Notes: generated by a model not told the origin, from the sequence alone. Numbered from the stretch's first letter, positions 49,909 through 60,700 are shown. The stretch: 64,000 nt of DNA from Pseudomonadota bacterium (GCA_051746865.1 JBNJFM010000001.1:75621-139620), one strand, 5' to 3'. Translations and numbers: made by a program.

Positions 49909-51411
49909 ATGATGAAGGCATATCCAGGAGTCTCTATCGCCGCAGGCGTGTTCTCGATGGCGACGCTGCTCGGAGGCACCCTCACCGCTCCCGTCGTTCT
50001 GGGCGCGGACAGTCTCACTCACCCGCTGGTCGACAACCCGTCGTCCTTCCTGGTACGTGACTCGAGAGTCCTCGAGCGCGGCGAGACTCTCCGGGACATG
50101 CTTGGCCGCCTCGACCCGATCAACGCGCTCGACGGCACGTCCTACCGGGTCTACCTCCTGGAGATGGACACCGGGAAGAACACCCACCTGCAGGTACGCA
50201 GCGACAACTTCGCCCCGTCGATGGCCCTCTACGCCCCGGACGGCACCCTGCTGGAACACGCCCGCACCGACGGCCCCGATGCACGCGAGCTGCACCTGCT
50301 CCACCAGGCGGTCCGGAAGGGCTCCTACCTGGTCGTGGTGGGCAACAGCCGCAGCGGCCGCTTCGGCTCGTTCGAGCTCTCCGCGGGTGAACTGGCCGGC
50401 GTCACCGCGCTCGACTTCCCGGACGAGACGAGCGGACAACTGATCGCTGCCGGCCCGCGCCACCCCGGCACGGGAGCCGCCGTGACCCGTTACACGCTCG
50501 ATCTGGCGGAGCCGACCGTCATCGATCTGCGCGTGGACAGCCACGACTTCGATACCTTCCTCACGCTCTCGGCACAGAACAGCCCGCGGACCCTCGCCGA
50601 AAGCGACGATTGGCGCGGCTCGACCTCCGGAACCGGCTCACGGATCATCCGCCCGCTCGAGGCCGGCACCTACGACATCGCGGTCACCGGCTACGAGACG
50701 GACAGCCAGGGCGTGTTCTCGCTCCAAGTCGGTGAAAGCCATATTGCGGAATCGGCCGACTTCCGCCCCGGCAACCCCTACGACGGCCTGATGACCGCGG
50801 ACCTCGAACCGATCGCGGCCACGGGGCGCACCGGCAAGCCCCTGCCTTTCACGGTAAGCGAGCCGAGCCTGCTCGATGCCACCATGCGCTCCGACGACGT
50901 CGATTCGATCCTGGTGATCACCGACGAGCAGGGGCGCGTGCGCGCCGAAGACGACGACTCCGGCGGCAACCTGGACGCCCGGGTGCTGGTCAACCTCGAA
51001 CCGGGCGACTACACGCTCTGGGCCAGTGGCTACGCCGAAAACGGCGTCGGCCCTTTCCGCCTGGAAACCCAGCTCGTCCCCGCATCCGATGTCACGGTTC
51101 ATAAAGAGCGACTCTCGAGCACGGACCCGGTCGACGAGCGCCGCCAGACCCCGTCGCGCGAGCACCTGTTCGAGGTGGAGGATCGCTCGCAGTTCGTGCT
51201 CGAACTCCAGTCCACGGCCTTCGACGCCTACCTGGTGCTCGAGGACGACTCCGGCAACGTGGTGGCCGAGAACGACGACTTCGCCGATTACACCACCGAT
51301 GCCCGTATCGCCCGGGAACTGGCGACGGGAACCTACCGCGCCATCGCCACCAGCTACGCCCCGCAGGAATCCGGCGAGTACACGCTGTCCATTCGGCGCG
51401 TGACTCCCTGA
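49909..51411 (+). CDS. secreted protein with four PPC-like (pre-peptidase C-terminal type) beta-sandwich repeats
   Basis: Signal peptide, then four units of about 110 aa. Each unit ends in a G.Y...V.........G.F.L pattern (e.g. GTYRAIATSYAPQESGEYTLSI) with DDxxG/ENDD acidic loops. Confidence 0.65.
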   Translation: MMKAYPGVSIAAGVFSMATLLGGTLTAPVVLGADSLTHPLVDNPSSFLVRDSRVLERGETLRDMLGRLDPINALDGTSYRVYLLEMDTGKNTHLQVRSDNFAPSMALYAPDGTLLEHARTDGPDARELHLLHQAVRKGSYLVVVGNSRSGRFGSFELSAGELAGVTALDFPDETSGQLIAAGPRHPGTGAAVTRYTLDLAEPTVIDLRVDSHDFDTFLTLSAQNSPRTLAESDDWRGSTSGTGSRIIRPLEAGTYDIAVTGYETDSQGVFSLQVGESHIAESADFRPGNPYDGLMTADLEPIAATGRTGKPLPFTVSEPSLLDATMRSDDVDSILVITDEQGRVRAEDDDSGGNLDARVLVNLEPGDYTLWASGYAENGVGPFRLETQLVPASDVTVHKERLSSTDPVDERRQTPSREHLFEVEDRSQFVLELQSTAFDAYLVLEDDSGNVVAENDDFADYTTDARIARELATGTYRAIATSYAPQESGEYTLSIRRVTP

Positions 51412-51441
51412 CCGACCTCTGCACGGGTTCAGGCCTTGCGA

Positions 51442-51476
51442 AAACGCCCGGTCACGCAATGCGCGACCGGGCGTTT
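51442..51476. terminator. bidirectional Rho-independent terminator
   Basis: AAACGCCCGGTC-N11-GACCGGGCGTTT between convergent genes. There is an A/T run on both sides, TTTT when read on the minus strand. Confidence 0.6.
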
Positions 51477-51516
51477 ACTTGCATAGACCCGTTTCCCGGG
51501 CGGAAATGCGGCCGTG

Positions 51517-51741
51517 TCAGCCGGCGCGAGCCAGATCCCGGGCGTGGGACACCGCGTCATCGAACACCGCGGTCTCGTAGAGCGTCTCCGACTCGCCCGG
51601 GAAGGCCATTCGTCCGTTCGACGAACCCTTCCTGGGCCGGACCGAGGGCCTCTGCACCAGGAACATCCCGTCGGCGGCCTGCTCGACGGTGATCTTGCCG
51701 TTACGGTAGTAGCCCCGATCTGCGTCCATCATCTCTGCCAT
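51517..51741 (-). CDS. small hypothetical protein (74 aa)
   Basis: MAEMMDADRGYYRNGKITVEQAADGMFLVQ... has plausible composition and a terminator downstream. No family recognised, and the start is uncertain. Confidence 0.3.
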   Translation of the reverse strand: MAEMMDADRGYYRNGKITVEQAADGMFLVQRPSVRPRKGSSNGRMAFPGESETLYETAVFDDAVSHARDLARAG

Positions 51742-52056
51742 GGCTGAAGTACCTCTCGATTGTCGACATGGCGCCGCCGAAACAGGCAACGCATCGTCAT
51801 GCGCGGGAAACGTCCCGACCCGCCATTGCCCGATCGGGCCCCGCACACCCACCTTATGACAAACCGCTCGGGCACGTTATCCCCCTGTCAGACCACCAAC
51901 GTCCTGCCGAGGCCCCGAAAACCGCGTCATCGCGCTGTTTGAGGGCCGGCATGAACGTATCTAATCTAGTTGCCGGGCAAAAGGGAACACGGCTTCGTTC
52001 ACCCGGCAAGGCGCCCGCTGTCACGCCATGAGGACCGCCTGCGGTCTCAGGAAACC

Positions 52057-54663
52057 TCAATCGATCACCACCGTGCGGTAGCCAATCGGGCGGATCTGTC
52101 CACCATGACGATTCGGGGCCGAGAAGCTGCCCTCGACAGAAACCGGGCCACTCTGCCGACGGGTCGTCTTGCGGTCACCGTCGATCACGCCCCGACGCTC
52201 GTCGCGGATCAGCTCCCAGTCGGTGACATGCAGCTGCGCGCGGCCGGAAAGCTCGAACTCGCCCACGACCTCGGCTCCGGTGAGCTCATGGACGGTCACC
52301 GTGCCTTCCAGATCCCCGGTAAGAAGGCGGGTCTGTCCGCGGAATGCCGTGCCCTTAACCGAACAGTCCACCTGATCGGCCACCTGCGCGAGAATCGGCA
52401 TGGCCTGCCCCGTCGCACCGCTGACCCCGATGCGCTCCATCAGGCGAGGAAGCTCCCGTCGACGGCGCTCGCAGGCCTGTTTTTCCTGCGCCTGCCGGCG
52501 CGTCTCGGCGGTCGTGCGCGGTGGCGGATAGGGGATGTCATGAAACGTCCCTTCCCAGCTCGTGTGGAACCCGGCGATCGTCGGCACGGGGTCCGATGGG
52601 TCGTGCCCGTCGCCGGGTGGACTCGCGAACGCCCGAGCGGGATAGACACCGCCCTCCTCCAGATCCTCGGCCGTCGTGCCGGGCAATTGGATGACCAGGG
52701 CGGCGGCACTGTTCTCCCCCCAGCCCACCAGGCCGCGGTGCCGCGTCAGACGTGGCGGCGGCAGGATTCCGCTCTGCCACGTGAATGCCTGCGGCGAGTA
52801 CAGATTGAGCACCACGTCGGCCGGGGTATCGTCAGGCGGGCGCATGATGTCGCCCATGCCCTGCATGGCTCCCGCCAGTTCCATCAGCTCCCGGCGCTGC
52901 TCGGGCGACATCTCGGCCGGGTCCACCCCGCCCTGCCCGGCCAGCCGGTCGAGCCCGCTTTCCTCGATACGACGTTTCATCGCCTCGGCGCGTGCGCGCA
53001 TGTCCCGCTCGATCTGATCCCGATCGGCCCGGCCGGTCATCCACGCGCCGGTCATGTCCAGTGCCGCAATGTGATGACTGCAGGCGTCTCCACCATCGGA
53101 GACCAGCCCATTGAACCGCATGCTCGCCTGCCCCGGGCGACGCAGCCGGTCGGGATCGATCCGGTCGGGATGGAAGCGATCGGCCGCCGGGAAGTGCTCC
53201 TGATCCAGCGCCGCCATCATGGTGCGAGCGGTACAGGAATCGACGGGATCAAGAGTGATGGTCAGCGTGTAGTCGCGCCGCTCGGTCTTCACCGGGTCCG
53301 GCGCGACATTGGCCACCCGGACAGCCAGCCGGTAGGGCTCGTCCCGGCCGGACAAGGCGGTGCGATAGACGTTGCGCTTGCCACCGGCATCCACACGCCG
53401 GTCCAGCCGCTGCCCGTCGACGACCAGATGCAGGTCCTCGTGGTCCTCCTCGAAATCGATCCTCACCCCGGCGGTCTCACCGGGCGGTACGCGGATCTCG
53501 ATCTTCTTAAGCCGGGTCGCCATCGGCGGCAGGCGGCCATCATTTGATCGCTCCAGCCGCTCACCGGTGAACCGCAGTTCCAGGCGCGAGACACCGTCGG
53601 CGGAGAAGAACCTCGGGCCGTCCAGCCGCTGGCGAACGAACTCGGGGTAGGCGTCGTACAGTCCGTCCTCGTGCCATTGGGTCAGCGCCCGATGCACTCC
53701 CTCGAGTCCGTTGTGGGCCGAAAGATCCTCGCTGAGGACGGCATCCAGGTAAGCCACCCCGTCGGTCGTGCCGGTGTAGTCGCCGAGAAAGTCCCAGAAG
53801 TACCAGCTGCCGTACTTCCATGAGGGTTCCTCGCCACAGTCCTCGTCCGGCTTCCGGTGCAGCGTCCGATCGTAATACCGATGTTCGACACCCGGCTCCA
53901 GCATGCTTCCCCACTTGCGCGCCGCGGTCAGATGCACGTGGGTGGCCGAACCCTCGGTAAACCAGTCCAGCCCATCCGAAGTCGTCATACCCTCGTACCC
54001 GTGCTGGATGGCATGGAACATCTCGTGAACGGCCACGTAGGGACTGGATGCTCCTCGCGGAGTCATCCCTCGCACCGGTGCCAGTTCCCGGTCCCAGGAA
54101 AGATTCAGGCGCAGGAGATAATGCCGCGGTGAATAGTAGCCATGCGCGAAGAGGATGCTGTCGAGACCGGCACAGTAACCCGGACCGCAACCCGCCGGGA
54201 CACCGAGTCCCATGGTGTCGACTTCGTCGTCCAGCGGCGTGATGACGGGACCACCGAAGCCCATGCCCTTGAGCCAGACGCTGGCCTTCTCCAGCAGGGC
54301 CGCGGTGCGCCCCCGCAGCGATTCCGGGCCGACTTGATCGCAGACATCCCATCCCCGATCGATCTCTCCGGCCAGCTTGTCGCGAAGGTGGTCCCGGTAT
54401 GCCTGCGACCCGCCGTGTCGAGACACCTGACGTTTCAGGTAGCAGTCCGGAACCATGTCGAGCATCGAGTCGATATGGGCTTCCCGACCCGCCGCATCGG
54501 CAACCAGCAAGTCCTGAAGCGAGCGGGTGCAACCAGCCGACCACTCCGTGCCCATCCAGCCTGTCCGCGCCTGTCCCTCGGTAATGGGCAACAGGCCAAG
54601 CAGCGACGCGGCCAGCAGAATCGACACCCCCCGACGCCCGATAGTGCTCGAAAGATCCTTCAT
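52057..54663 (-). CDS. large secreted protein with gluzincin-type HExxH motif (putative metallopeptidase)
   Basis: The ATG at 54663 follows GGGAGGGAAG. Signal peptide (ILLAASLLGLLPITEGQA). VAVHEMFHAIQHGYEG...WFTEGSATH, i.e. HExxH plus a Glu about 24 residues downstream. About 600 further residues have no recognised domain. Confidence 0.65.
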   Translation of the reverse strand: MKDLSSTIGRRGVSILLAASLLGLLPITEGQARTGWMGTEWSAGCTRSLQDLLVADAAGREAHIDSMLDMVPDCYLKRQVSRHGGSQAYRDHLRDKLAGEIDRGWDVCDQVGPESLRGRTAALLEKASVWLKGMGFGGPVITPLDDEVDTMGLGVPAGCGPGYCAGLDSILFAHGYYSPRHYLLRLNLSWDRELAPVRGMTPRGASSPYVAVHEMFHAIQHGYEGMTTSDGLDWFTEGSATHVHLTAARKWGSMLEPGVEHRYYDRTLHRKPDEDCGEEPSWKYGSWYFWDFLGDYTGTTDGVAYLDAVLSEDLSAHNGLEGVHRALTQWHEDGLYDAYPEFVRQRLDGPRFFSADGVSRLELRFTGERLERSNDGRLPPMATRLKKIEIRVPPGETAGVRIDFEEDHEDLHLVVDGQRLDRRVDAGGKRNVYRTALSGRDEPYRLAVRVANVAPDPVKTERRDYTLTITLDPVDSCTARTMMAALDQEHFPAADRFHPDRIDPDRLRRPGQASMRFNGLVSDGGDACSHHIAALDMTGAWMTGRADRDQIERDMRARAEAMKRRIEESGLDRLAGQGGVDPAEMSPEQRRELMELAGAMQGMGDIMRPPDDTPADVVLNLYSPQAFTWQSGILPPPRLTRHRGLVGWGENSAAALVIQLPGTTAEDLEEGGVYPARAFASPPGDGHDPSDPVPTIAGFHTSWEGTFHDIPYPPPRTTAETRRQAQEKQACERRRRELPRLMERIGVSGATGQAMPILAQVADQVDCSVKGTAFRGQTRLLTGDLEGTVTVHELTGAEVVGEFELSGRAQLHVTDWELIRDERRGVIDGDRKTTRRQSGPVSVEGSFSAPNRHGGQIRPIGYRTVVID

Positions 54664-54821
54664 CCCACGCTTCCCTCCCTGAAATGGGGCGTCGTACCTG
54701 CCATGATGCATAAACGCATCTTGACGGGCATTCCCCTGAATGAGGGATAGCATCCGCCGTAGAACCTGTCAGCCTGAAACCTCGACCGTCGTCACGTGAA
54801 TCCGCAGGGAGGCAACCGATC

Positions 54822-55784
54822 ATGCTTCGACTATCCGCGATTTCCACACAGCCGATACGACGTTGGCTTGTGGTGCTGGCCGTCGTCGTTCTGCCCACGG
54901 CCACGGCCCTGTCGGGAGAAAGTGCAGACGGCTTCCGCTACGTGCTGCACAGCGCCTCGCCCTCACCGAGCCGGCTGAGCGCCGACCCGACGACATTCGA
55001 TCGCGTGGTCGAGAGATGGATCGCCCAAGGCCCCGGGCAGAGCCTGATGTTCCGCGAGGAGAACGAGCAGGATCCCGAGCGGGCGACGCTCGCCCTGGGT
55101 GAACGACGCATGGGCCTGACGGTCCCGCACTGGGATCTCGACAAGTCACCCGGCGACAAGTCGGGATGGACCAGTTACGGCAAGGCGATCGATTATGAGG
55201 TCTTCGACGTGGAGATCGAGCGCGGCGAGAAGGACCGGCCGATCGCCGGCAGCACGGCCTCTCATTACCGGCTGAACGCGTCGGTCGTGAGCAAGGACGA
55301 GCGCTCCATGGTCCCCACCCGGCAGACACTCGAGAGCGACCTGTGGGTGCACGAGGACAAACCGTTCGGCTTCGCCCCCTTCGCCACCCAGGGCATGTAC
55401 GGCGACCCGCGCCTGTCCGCCGCCTTGCGGGAACGGCTGGGCGACTTGGGCTTGGTGGTGCGTGTGGAGAGCCGTCACACCAGCCAGCCGATCGACGAGA
55501 ACGGCGAACCGCTACGCGATCCGCGCGAAGACGGGCACGTGGCCTGGGTGAGCGACCTCGAGCCCGCACCGGTACCGCAGATCGACCTGCCGCGGATCGA
55601 CCCGACGACGTTCCGCGAACTGCGCCGCATCTCGCGCGAGCAATCCGACTCGATCTGCAAGACGGTGGACGCCGGCAAAACCCCGGCAGTCTTTCGAAGG
55701 CGACTGGACGACGAGCAGCTCGCCGCCTTCATGCCCGCCGTGCGCGAACAGTGCGTGAGCTACCGAAAACGGCAGGGCAACTGA
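54822..55784 (+). CDS. hypothetical secreted protein
   Basis: 320 aa. Signal peptide (WLVVLAVVVLPTATALSG). Balanced composition. Divergent from the HExxH gene. Confidence 0.55.
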   Translation: MLRLSAISTQPIRRWLVVLAVVVLPTATALSGESADGFRYVLHSASPSPSRLSADPTTFDRVVERWIAQGPGQSLMFREENEQDPERATLALGERRMGLTVPHWDLDKSPGDKSGWTSYGKAIDYEVFDVEIERGEKDRPIAGSTASHYRLNASVVSKDERSMVPTRQTLESDLWVHEDKPFGFAPFATQGMYGDPRLSAALRERLGDLGLVVRVESRHTSQPIDENGEPLRDPREDGHVAWVSDLEPAPVPQIDLPRIDPTTFRELRRISREQSDSICKTVDAGKTPAVFRRRLDDEQLAAFMPAVREQCVSYRKRQGN

Positions 55785-55813
55785 ATGGTATCGCCGGAGC
55801 CGGCAACGACCGG

Positions 55814-55957
55814 TCAGAAACCGTAGCCGAACAATCCCAGGACGCCCAGCACTATCAGGTAGCCGGCCACGATGTAGTTGAGCAGCTTCGGCAGAATCAG
55901 AATCGCGATACCGGCGATCAGGGTGAGCAGCGGGGCAATCTCGATGTGAAACGTCAT
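55814..55957 (-). CDS. DUF3096-like small membrane protein
   Basis: 47 aa. MTFHIEIAPLLTLIAGIAILILPKLLNYIVAGYLIVLGVLGLFGYGF (two TM helices). GGAGA lies 9 nt upstream. Confidence 0.55.
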   Translation of the reverse strand: MTFHIEIAPLLTLIAGIAILILPKLLNYIVAGYLIVLGVLGLFGYGF

Positions 55958-56200
55958 GAGTGACATTCTCCAGGTCGATGAAGGCAAGAGCCGGGGGAAC
56001 GCGGTTCGGCACCGGTTCGAGCGATACACTTCGAGCGGTTCGTGCATGTTCCAGAGTGAGACTAGCACCCGCCGGCAAATTCGCCCCGAGACGGGTGAAT
56101 GATCAACGCCCCCCACCGACACCGGGGCATGGCGGCCCTTGACCCCGAAACCTGCCCAACTGAGACTCGGGATGGCAGCAGCGGGAAAAGGAAAATATCG

Positions 56201-57031
56201 GTGTTTTGCTACTTTGGCTTCGGGTCGAATCTCGATCTGGTTTCCCTGCAGGCAAAGGGGGTCCGTCCGATCCGGTCGCGACTGGCGGTGCTGCCGGGCT
56301 GGCGCCTGGCGTTCAACGTCAGGCACTTCTTCCGCCACGAGGGCGGCGTGGGCAACATCGAGCGTTCAAGCGAGCCGGGGGCGCGCGTGCTCGGCGTCCT
56401 GCACGACTGCGACGACGCGGACCTGCCCGCGCTCGACGAGGCCGAGGCCTGCGGGGTCGGCTACGATCGCATCGAGGTGGCGGTCGAGACGGCCGACGGT
56501 GCAGAGACAGCGTTCGCCTATGTAGGGCGACCGGCCTTCATCGACGGCGACTGCCTGCCCAGTCGTCGCTACCTCAACATTCTGATTCGCGGCGCCCGCC
56601 GAGCCGGACTCGACCCGGCATACATCCAGATGCTGGAGCGACAACCGACCCTCGATTGGCCAATCGCCCCGCCATTCGAACATCCGCCCGGCCCGCAACC
56701 CCGCTTCGACGCCGAATCCCTGGCCGACCACCCGAACCTGACGGCGCTCTACGGTGCGGTCTTCGACATGACTGACGCACGCCCGGCCCACGACTACCTC
56801 AAGGGCGTCTTCGGAGGGCGGGACATGACGCTGTTCCATCTCAAGCGCATGGACAGCAGTGACGGCACGGAGACCCTCGAGGATATCCGCCACGACCGTC
56901 TCGATGCCGACCAGCGACGCTATCTCGACAACTACCTGCGCGAGTACACCCGGGAGTACCGGTACGTCGGTCGGTTCGACTACCATGACCCCACGGACGA
57001 CAAGGACAGACAGGAAGGAACCCCGCGATGA
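56201..57031 (+). CDS. gamma-glutamylcyclotransferase-like (AIG2/GGCT fold) protein with C-terminal extension
   Basis: The proposed GTG start follows AAGGAAA (VFCYFGFGSNLDL...), which is a typical YF.YGSN N-terminus. An upstream in-frame ATG at 56129 is also possible. Confidence 0.65.
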   Translation: MFCYFGFGSNLDLVSLQAKGVRPIRSRLAVLPGWRLAFNVRHFFRHEGGVGNIERSSEPGARVLGVLHDCDDADLPALDEAEACGVGYDRIEVAVETADGAETAFAYVGRPAFIDGDCLPSRRYLNILIRGARRAGLDPAYIQMLERQPTLDWPIAPPFEHPPGPQPRFDAESLADHPNLTALYGAVFDMTDARPAHDYLKGVFGGRDMTLFHLKRMDSSDGTETLEDIRHDRLDADQRRYLDNYLREYTREYRYVGRFDYHDPTDDKDRQEGTPR

Positions 57032-57744
57032 ACACATTCCCCGCCGCCCTGCCTCACGGCGCCGTCGAAGAAGTATTCCCAGACGTGTTCTTCGTCACCG
57101 GGGCGATGGAAACCCGTCTTCTGGATGCCGACTGGCGTTTCAGTCGCAACATGACGGTCATCCGGGACGGAGAGCGGCTGGTGGTGGTCAACAGCGTCCG
57201 GCTGGACGAGTCGGGACTCGAGGCCCTCGACCGGCTGGGGCGGATCACCGACGTGGTCCGCCTCGGCGCCCTCCACGGCCGTGACGATCCCTTCTACGTG
57301 CAGCACTACGGGGCACGCTACTGGGCGATGCCGGGCATGACCCACGACAGCGGCCTGGCGGTCGACCAGCACCTGGCAGCCGATGCACCGCTGCCGGTAT
57401 CCGACGCCGGGCTGTTCGCCTTCCGGACCACGAAGATACCGGAGGGCATTCTGCGTCTCGACCGCGCCGGGGGCATCCTGGTGGCCTGCGACGCCTTGCA
57501 GAACTGGGTGGCCCCGGACGAGTTCTTTTCCGAGGACTCCATCGCACGCATGCAGGAAATGGGCTTCTTCACCCCGGCGAACTTCGGTCCGCTGTGGATG
57601 CAGCGGGCCGAACCGCAGGCGGAGGACTTCCGCCGGCTGCTCGAACTCGATTTCCGCCACACCCTCTGTGGTCACGGCGCTCCGCTCAGAGAAACCGCCC
57701 GCGAGGACTTCGCCACCACGGTCAACCGGGTTTTCGGAGGCTAG
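57028..57744 (+). CDS. hypothetical protein (possibly a degenerate MBL-like fold)
   Basis: 238 aa. ATGA overlap with the GGCT-like gene. It ends 5 nt before the next ATG. No canonical HxHxDH motif. Confidence 0.55.
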   Translation: MNTFPAALPHGAVEEVFPDVFFVTGAMETRLLDADWRFSRNMTVIRDGERLVVVNSVRLDESGLEALDRLGRITDVVRLGALHGRDDPFYVQHYGARYWAMPGMTHDSGLAVDQHLAADAPLPVSDAGLFAFRTTKIPEGILRLDRAGGILVACDALQNWVAPDEFFSEDSIARMQEMGFFTPANFGPLWMQRAEPQAEDFRRLLELDFRHTLCGHGAPLRETAREDFATTVNRVFGG

Positions 57745-57749
57745 CCCTC

Positions 57750-60700
57750 ATGCCCGGCACGGGACCGACACTGCCGGGCTATCAGCTTGGCCCCGTCCTC
57801 CGCCGCGGCCGGGAACGGATCATCTACCGCGCCATCCGGCAGGGGCAGGAACGCCCGCTGGCCGTCGAAACCCTGGCCACGGACTATCCCGGCCGCCGCC
57901 AGGCCGCGGAAATTCGGCGCGACGGCCGCATCGCCCGCGAGCTGGAGTCGCTGGAAGGCGTGCTGACCGTGCAAGACATACTTCCCCACGGCAGCGGCAA
58001 CATCGCGCTGGTCACCGAACCGGTGATCGACACGCTGGCCGACCGACTGGCGCGGGCCGAAGAGAGACGCCTGCCACTTGCCGAAGTGCTGGACATCGGC
58101 ATTCGCCTGGCCGACCTGCTCGACGAGATCCATGCCCGTCACATCATCCACAAGGCCATCACGCCGGAGACCGTCCGGCTGGACGACGGACGGCTGCGAC
58201 TGGCCGGATTCGGCATCGCCTCGGAGCTCGACCGCGAGCGGCAGAGCACGATGACCACCGGCATGGAAGACCCGCTCCCCTACCTGTCGCCGGAACAGAC
58301 CGGGCGCATGAACCGGGAACTGGACTATCGCAGCGACTACTACTCCCTCGGCGTGACCCTGTTCGAACTGCTCACCGGACAACGCCCCTTCGAGGCAGAT
58401 CACGTGCTCGAATGGGCACACCGACACATCAGCCGCCTGCCGCCCGTACCCGGTGACCTTGTCGCCGAGATTCCCGAACCGGTCTCGCGCATCGTCCTCA
58501 AGCTGCTGGCCAAGAACCCCGAGGACCGCTACCAGAGCGGGCACGGCCTGGCCACGGACCTGCGCCGCTGCATTGATTCGATCGACGGCGGCATCCCGCT
58601 GGACGACTTCGAACCGGGGCAAGACGACCGATCCGCCCGATTCCTGCTTCCCCAGACCCTGTACGGCCGGGAGCGGGAACTGCAGGAACTGATGGCCTGT
58701 TTCGAATCCGCCGCGGGCGGCGGCGTCGAGGTCTGCTCCGTGCACGGTTTCTCGGGCGTGGGCAAGTCCGCCCTGGTCAACGAGCTCGACCGCTCTCTGG
58801 TCCGCAAACGGGGCTTCTTCGCCCAGGGAAAGTTCGACCAGTTCCGGCGCGGCAGCTACGGTGCACTGGCCGACGCCTTTCGCGGTCTGGTCCAGCAGTT
58901 GCTCACCGAACCGGAATCGCGGCTGGCCGAGTGGCGCGGGAAACTCAGCGAGGCACTCGCACCCAACGGTCGACTGGTGCTCGAACTGGTCCCCGAGCTC
59001 GAACTGGTGATCGGCCCGCAACCCCCCGTGGCCGAGCTGCCACCGGCCGAGGCCCGCAACCGGCGGCAGTTCGTGCTCACGAACTTCGTCGGCGTGTTCG
59101 CCGGGACCGATCATCCACTGGTGCTTTTCCTCGACGACCTGCAGTGGAGCGACGCCCCGACGAGGGATCTGCTCGCCCAACTTGCCACGACCCGGGAGAT
59201 CGACCACCTGCTGCTTATCGGTGCCTGGCGCAGCAACGAGGTCGGGCCCGGCCACCCGCTGAAGCTAATGCTCGACGCACTGAGTGCGGCCCGCCCGATC
59301 CGCGAGCTGGCCGTCGAGCCGCTCGACCGCCCCTCCATTCGGCGACTGGTGGCCGATACCCTTCAGACCGACGTCGAAGCGGTCCGCCCGCTCGCCGATC
59401 TCGTCTACGACAAGGCCCAGGGCAACCCCTTCTTCACCAACGAGCTGCTGCAGACGCTTCACGACGAGGGAGTCATCCGGGCAGACGACAACGGCTGGAG
59501 TTGGGACCTGGACGCCGCGATCTGGGCAGGGCTGAGCGACGACATCGTCTCCTTCATGGTGAACAACCTGCGCAAGCTGCCGGAAGAAACGCAACGGGTA
59601 CTCCAGCTTGCCGCCTGCATCGGCGGGACCTTCGACCTGGATACGCTTGCTGTCATCTCCGACTGCACCGCCGGGCAAACGGCCTGCGCCCTGTTGCCCG
59701 CGCTGCGCCAGCACAGCATCGTTCCGTTACAGGCCGAATACCGCCTGATCGGCGCCACGGGCAGCGAGGCCGACGAGCCACGTGACCCAAACTGGAATCC
59801 CAGCTACCGCTTCGTCCACGACCGGGTCCAGCAGGCCGCCTACACCCTCTCCGACGGGCGCCGGATGGAAGCGGTGCACCTGTCGATCGGTCGCCTGATG
59901 CGTCGGCACGCCGGGGACGAGCCGGAAGGCGAGCGCCTGATGGCGATCGTCAGCCATCTCGACGCCGGTCGCACCCTGATCGACGACCCCGAAGAGCGAC
60001 TGGCGCTTGCCCGCCTCAACCTGCGGGCCGGCATCCACGCCCGCGAGGTGGCCGCCTACGAATCCGCCCTGGAGCTGTTGCGGATCGGCCATGAACTGCT
60101 GCCGGAGGATGCCTGGTCGACGCAGCCCGACCTGTTTCTGGCGCTGGGGCGGGAAATCCAGCTGTGCGCCTACCTCACCGGCCGGCAGGAAGAAGCCGAA
60201 CGCTGGACCGACCTCCTGCTAGAAAGGGCCGAAACCGACCTGGAACGCGTCGAGTTTCTCTCCACCCGCACCCGCCAGTTCGCCACGCTTGGGCGCATGG
60301 AGGATTCCATCCTTGCGGCCATCGAGGGCCTGGCCCGGCTGGGCATGGAGATAGAACGCGAGCCGGGACCGGAAGCCGTGGCCCGGGAACGCGAACTGGT
60401 CAGCACGAACCTCTCCGGCAGACAGATCGCCGAGCTGGTCGACGCCCCCCTGCTGCAGGACCGCCGCACGCTGCTAGCCATGCGCCTGCTGATGGAGATC
60501 TTCCCGGCCGCGTTTCTTTCCGGCAGCGGCAACCTGTTCCCCTACCTGGTGATCAAGGCCGTGAACCTGTCGCTGCGCCATGGCAACTGCCCGGAATCGG
60601 CTTTCGCCTTCGCTGCCTACGGCATGCTGCTCTGCGGGGAGCTGGACGACCCGGCACTGGGCCACGAATACGGCCGCGTGGGACTGGCGATCAACGAGCG

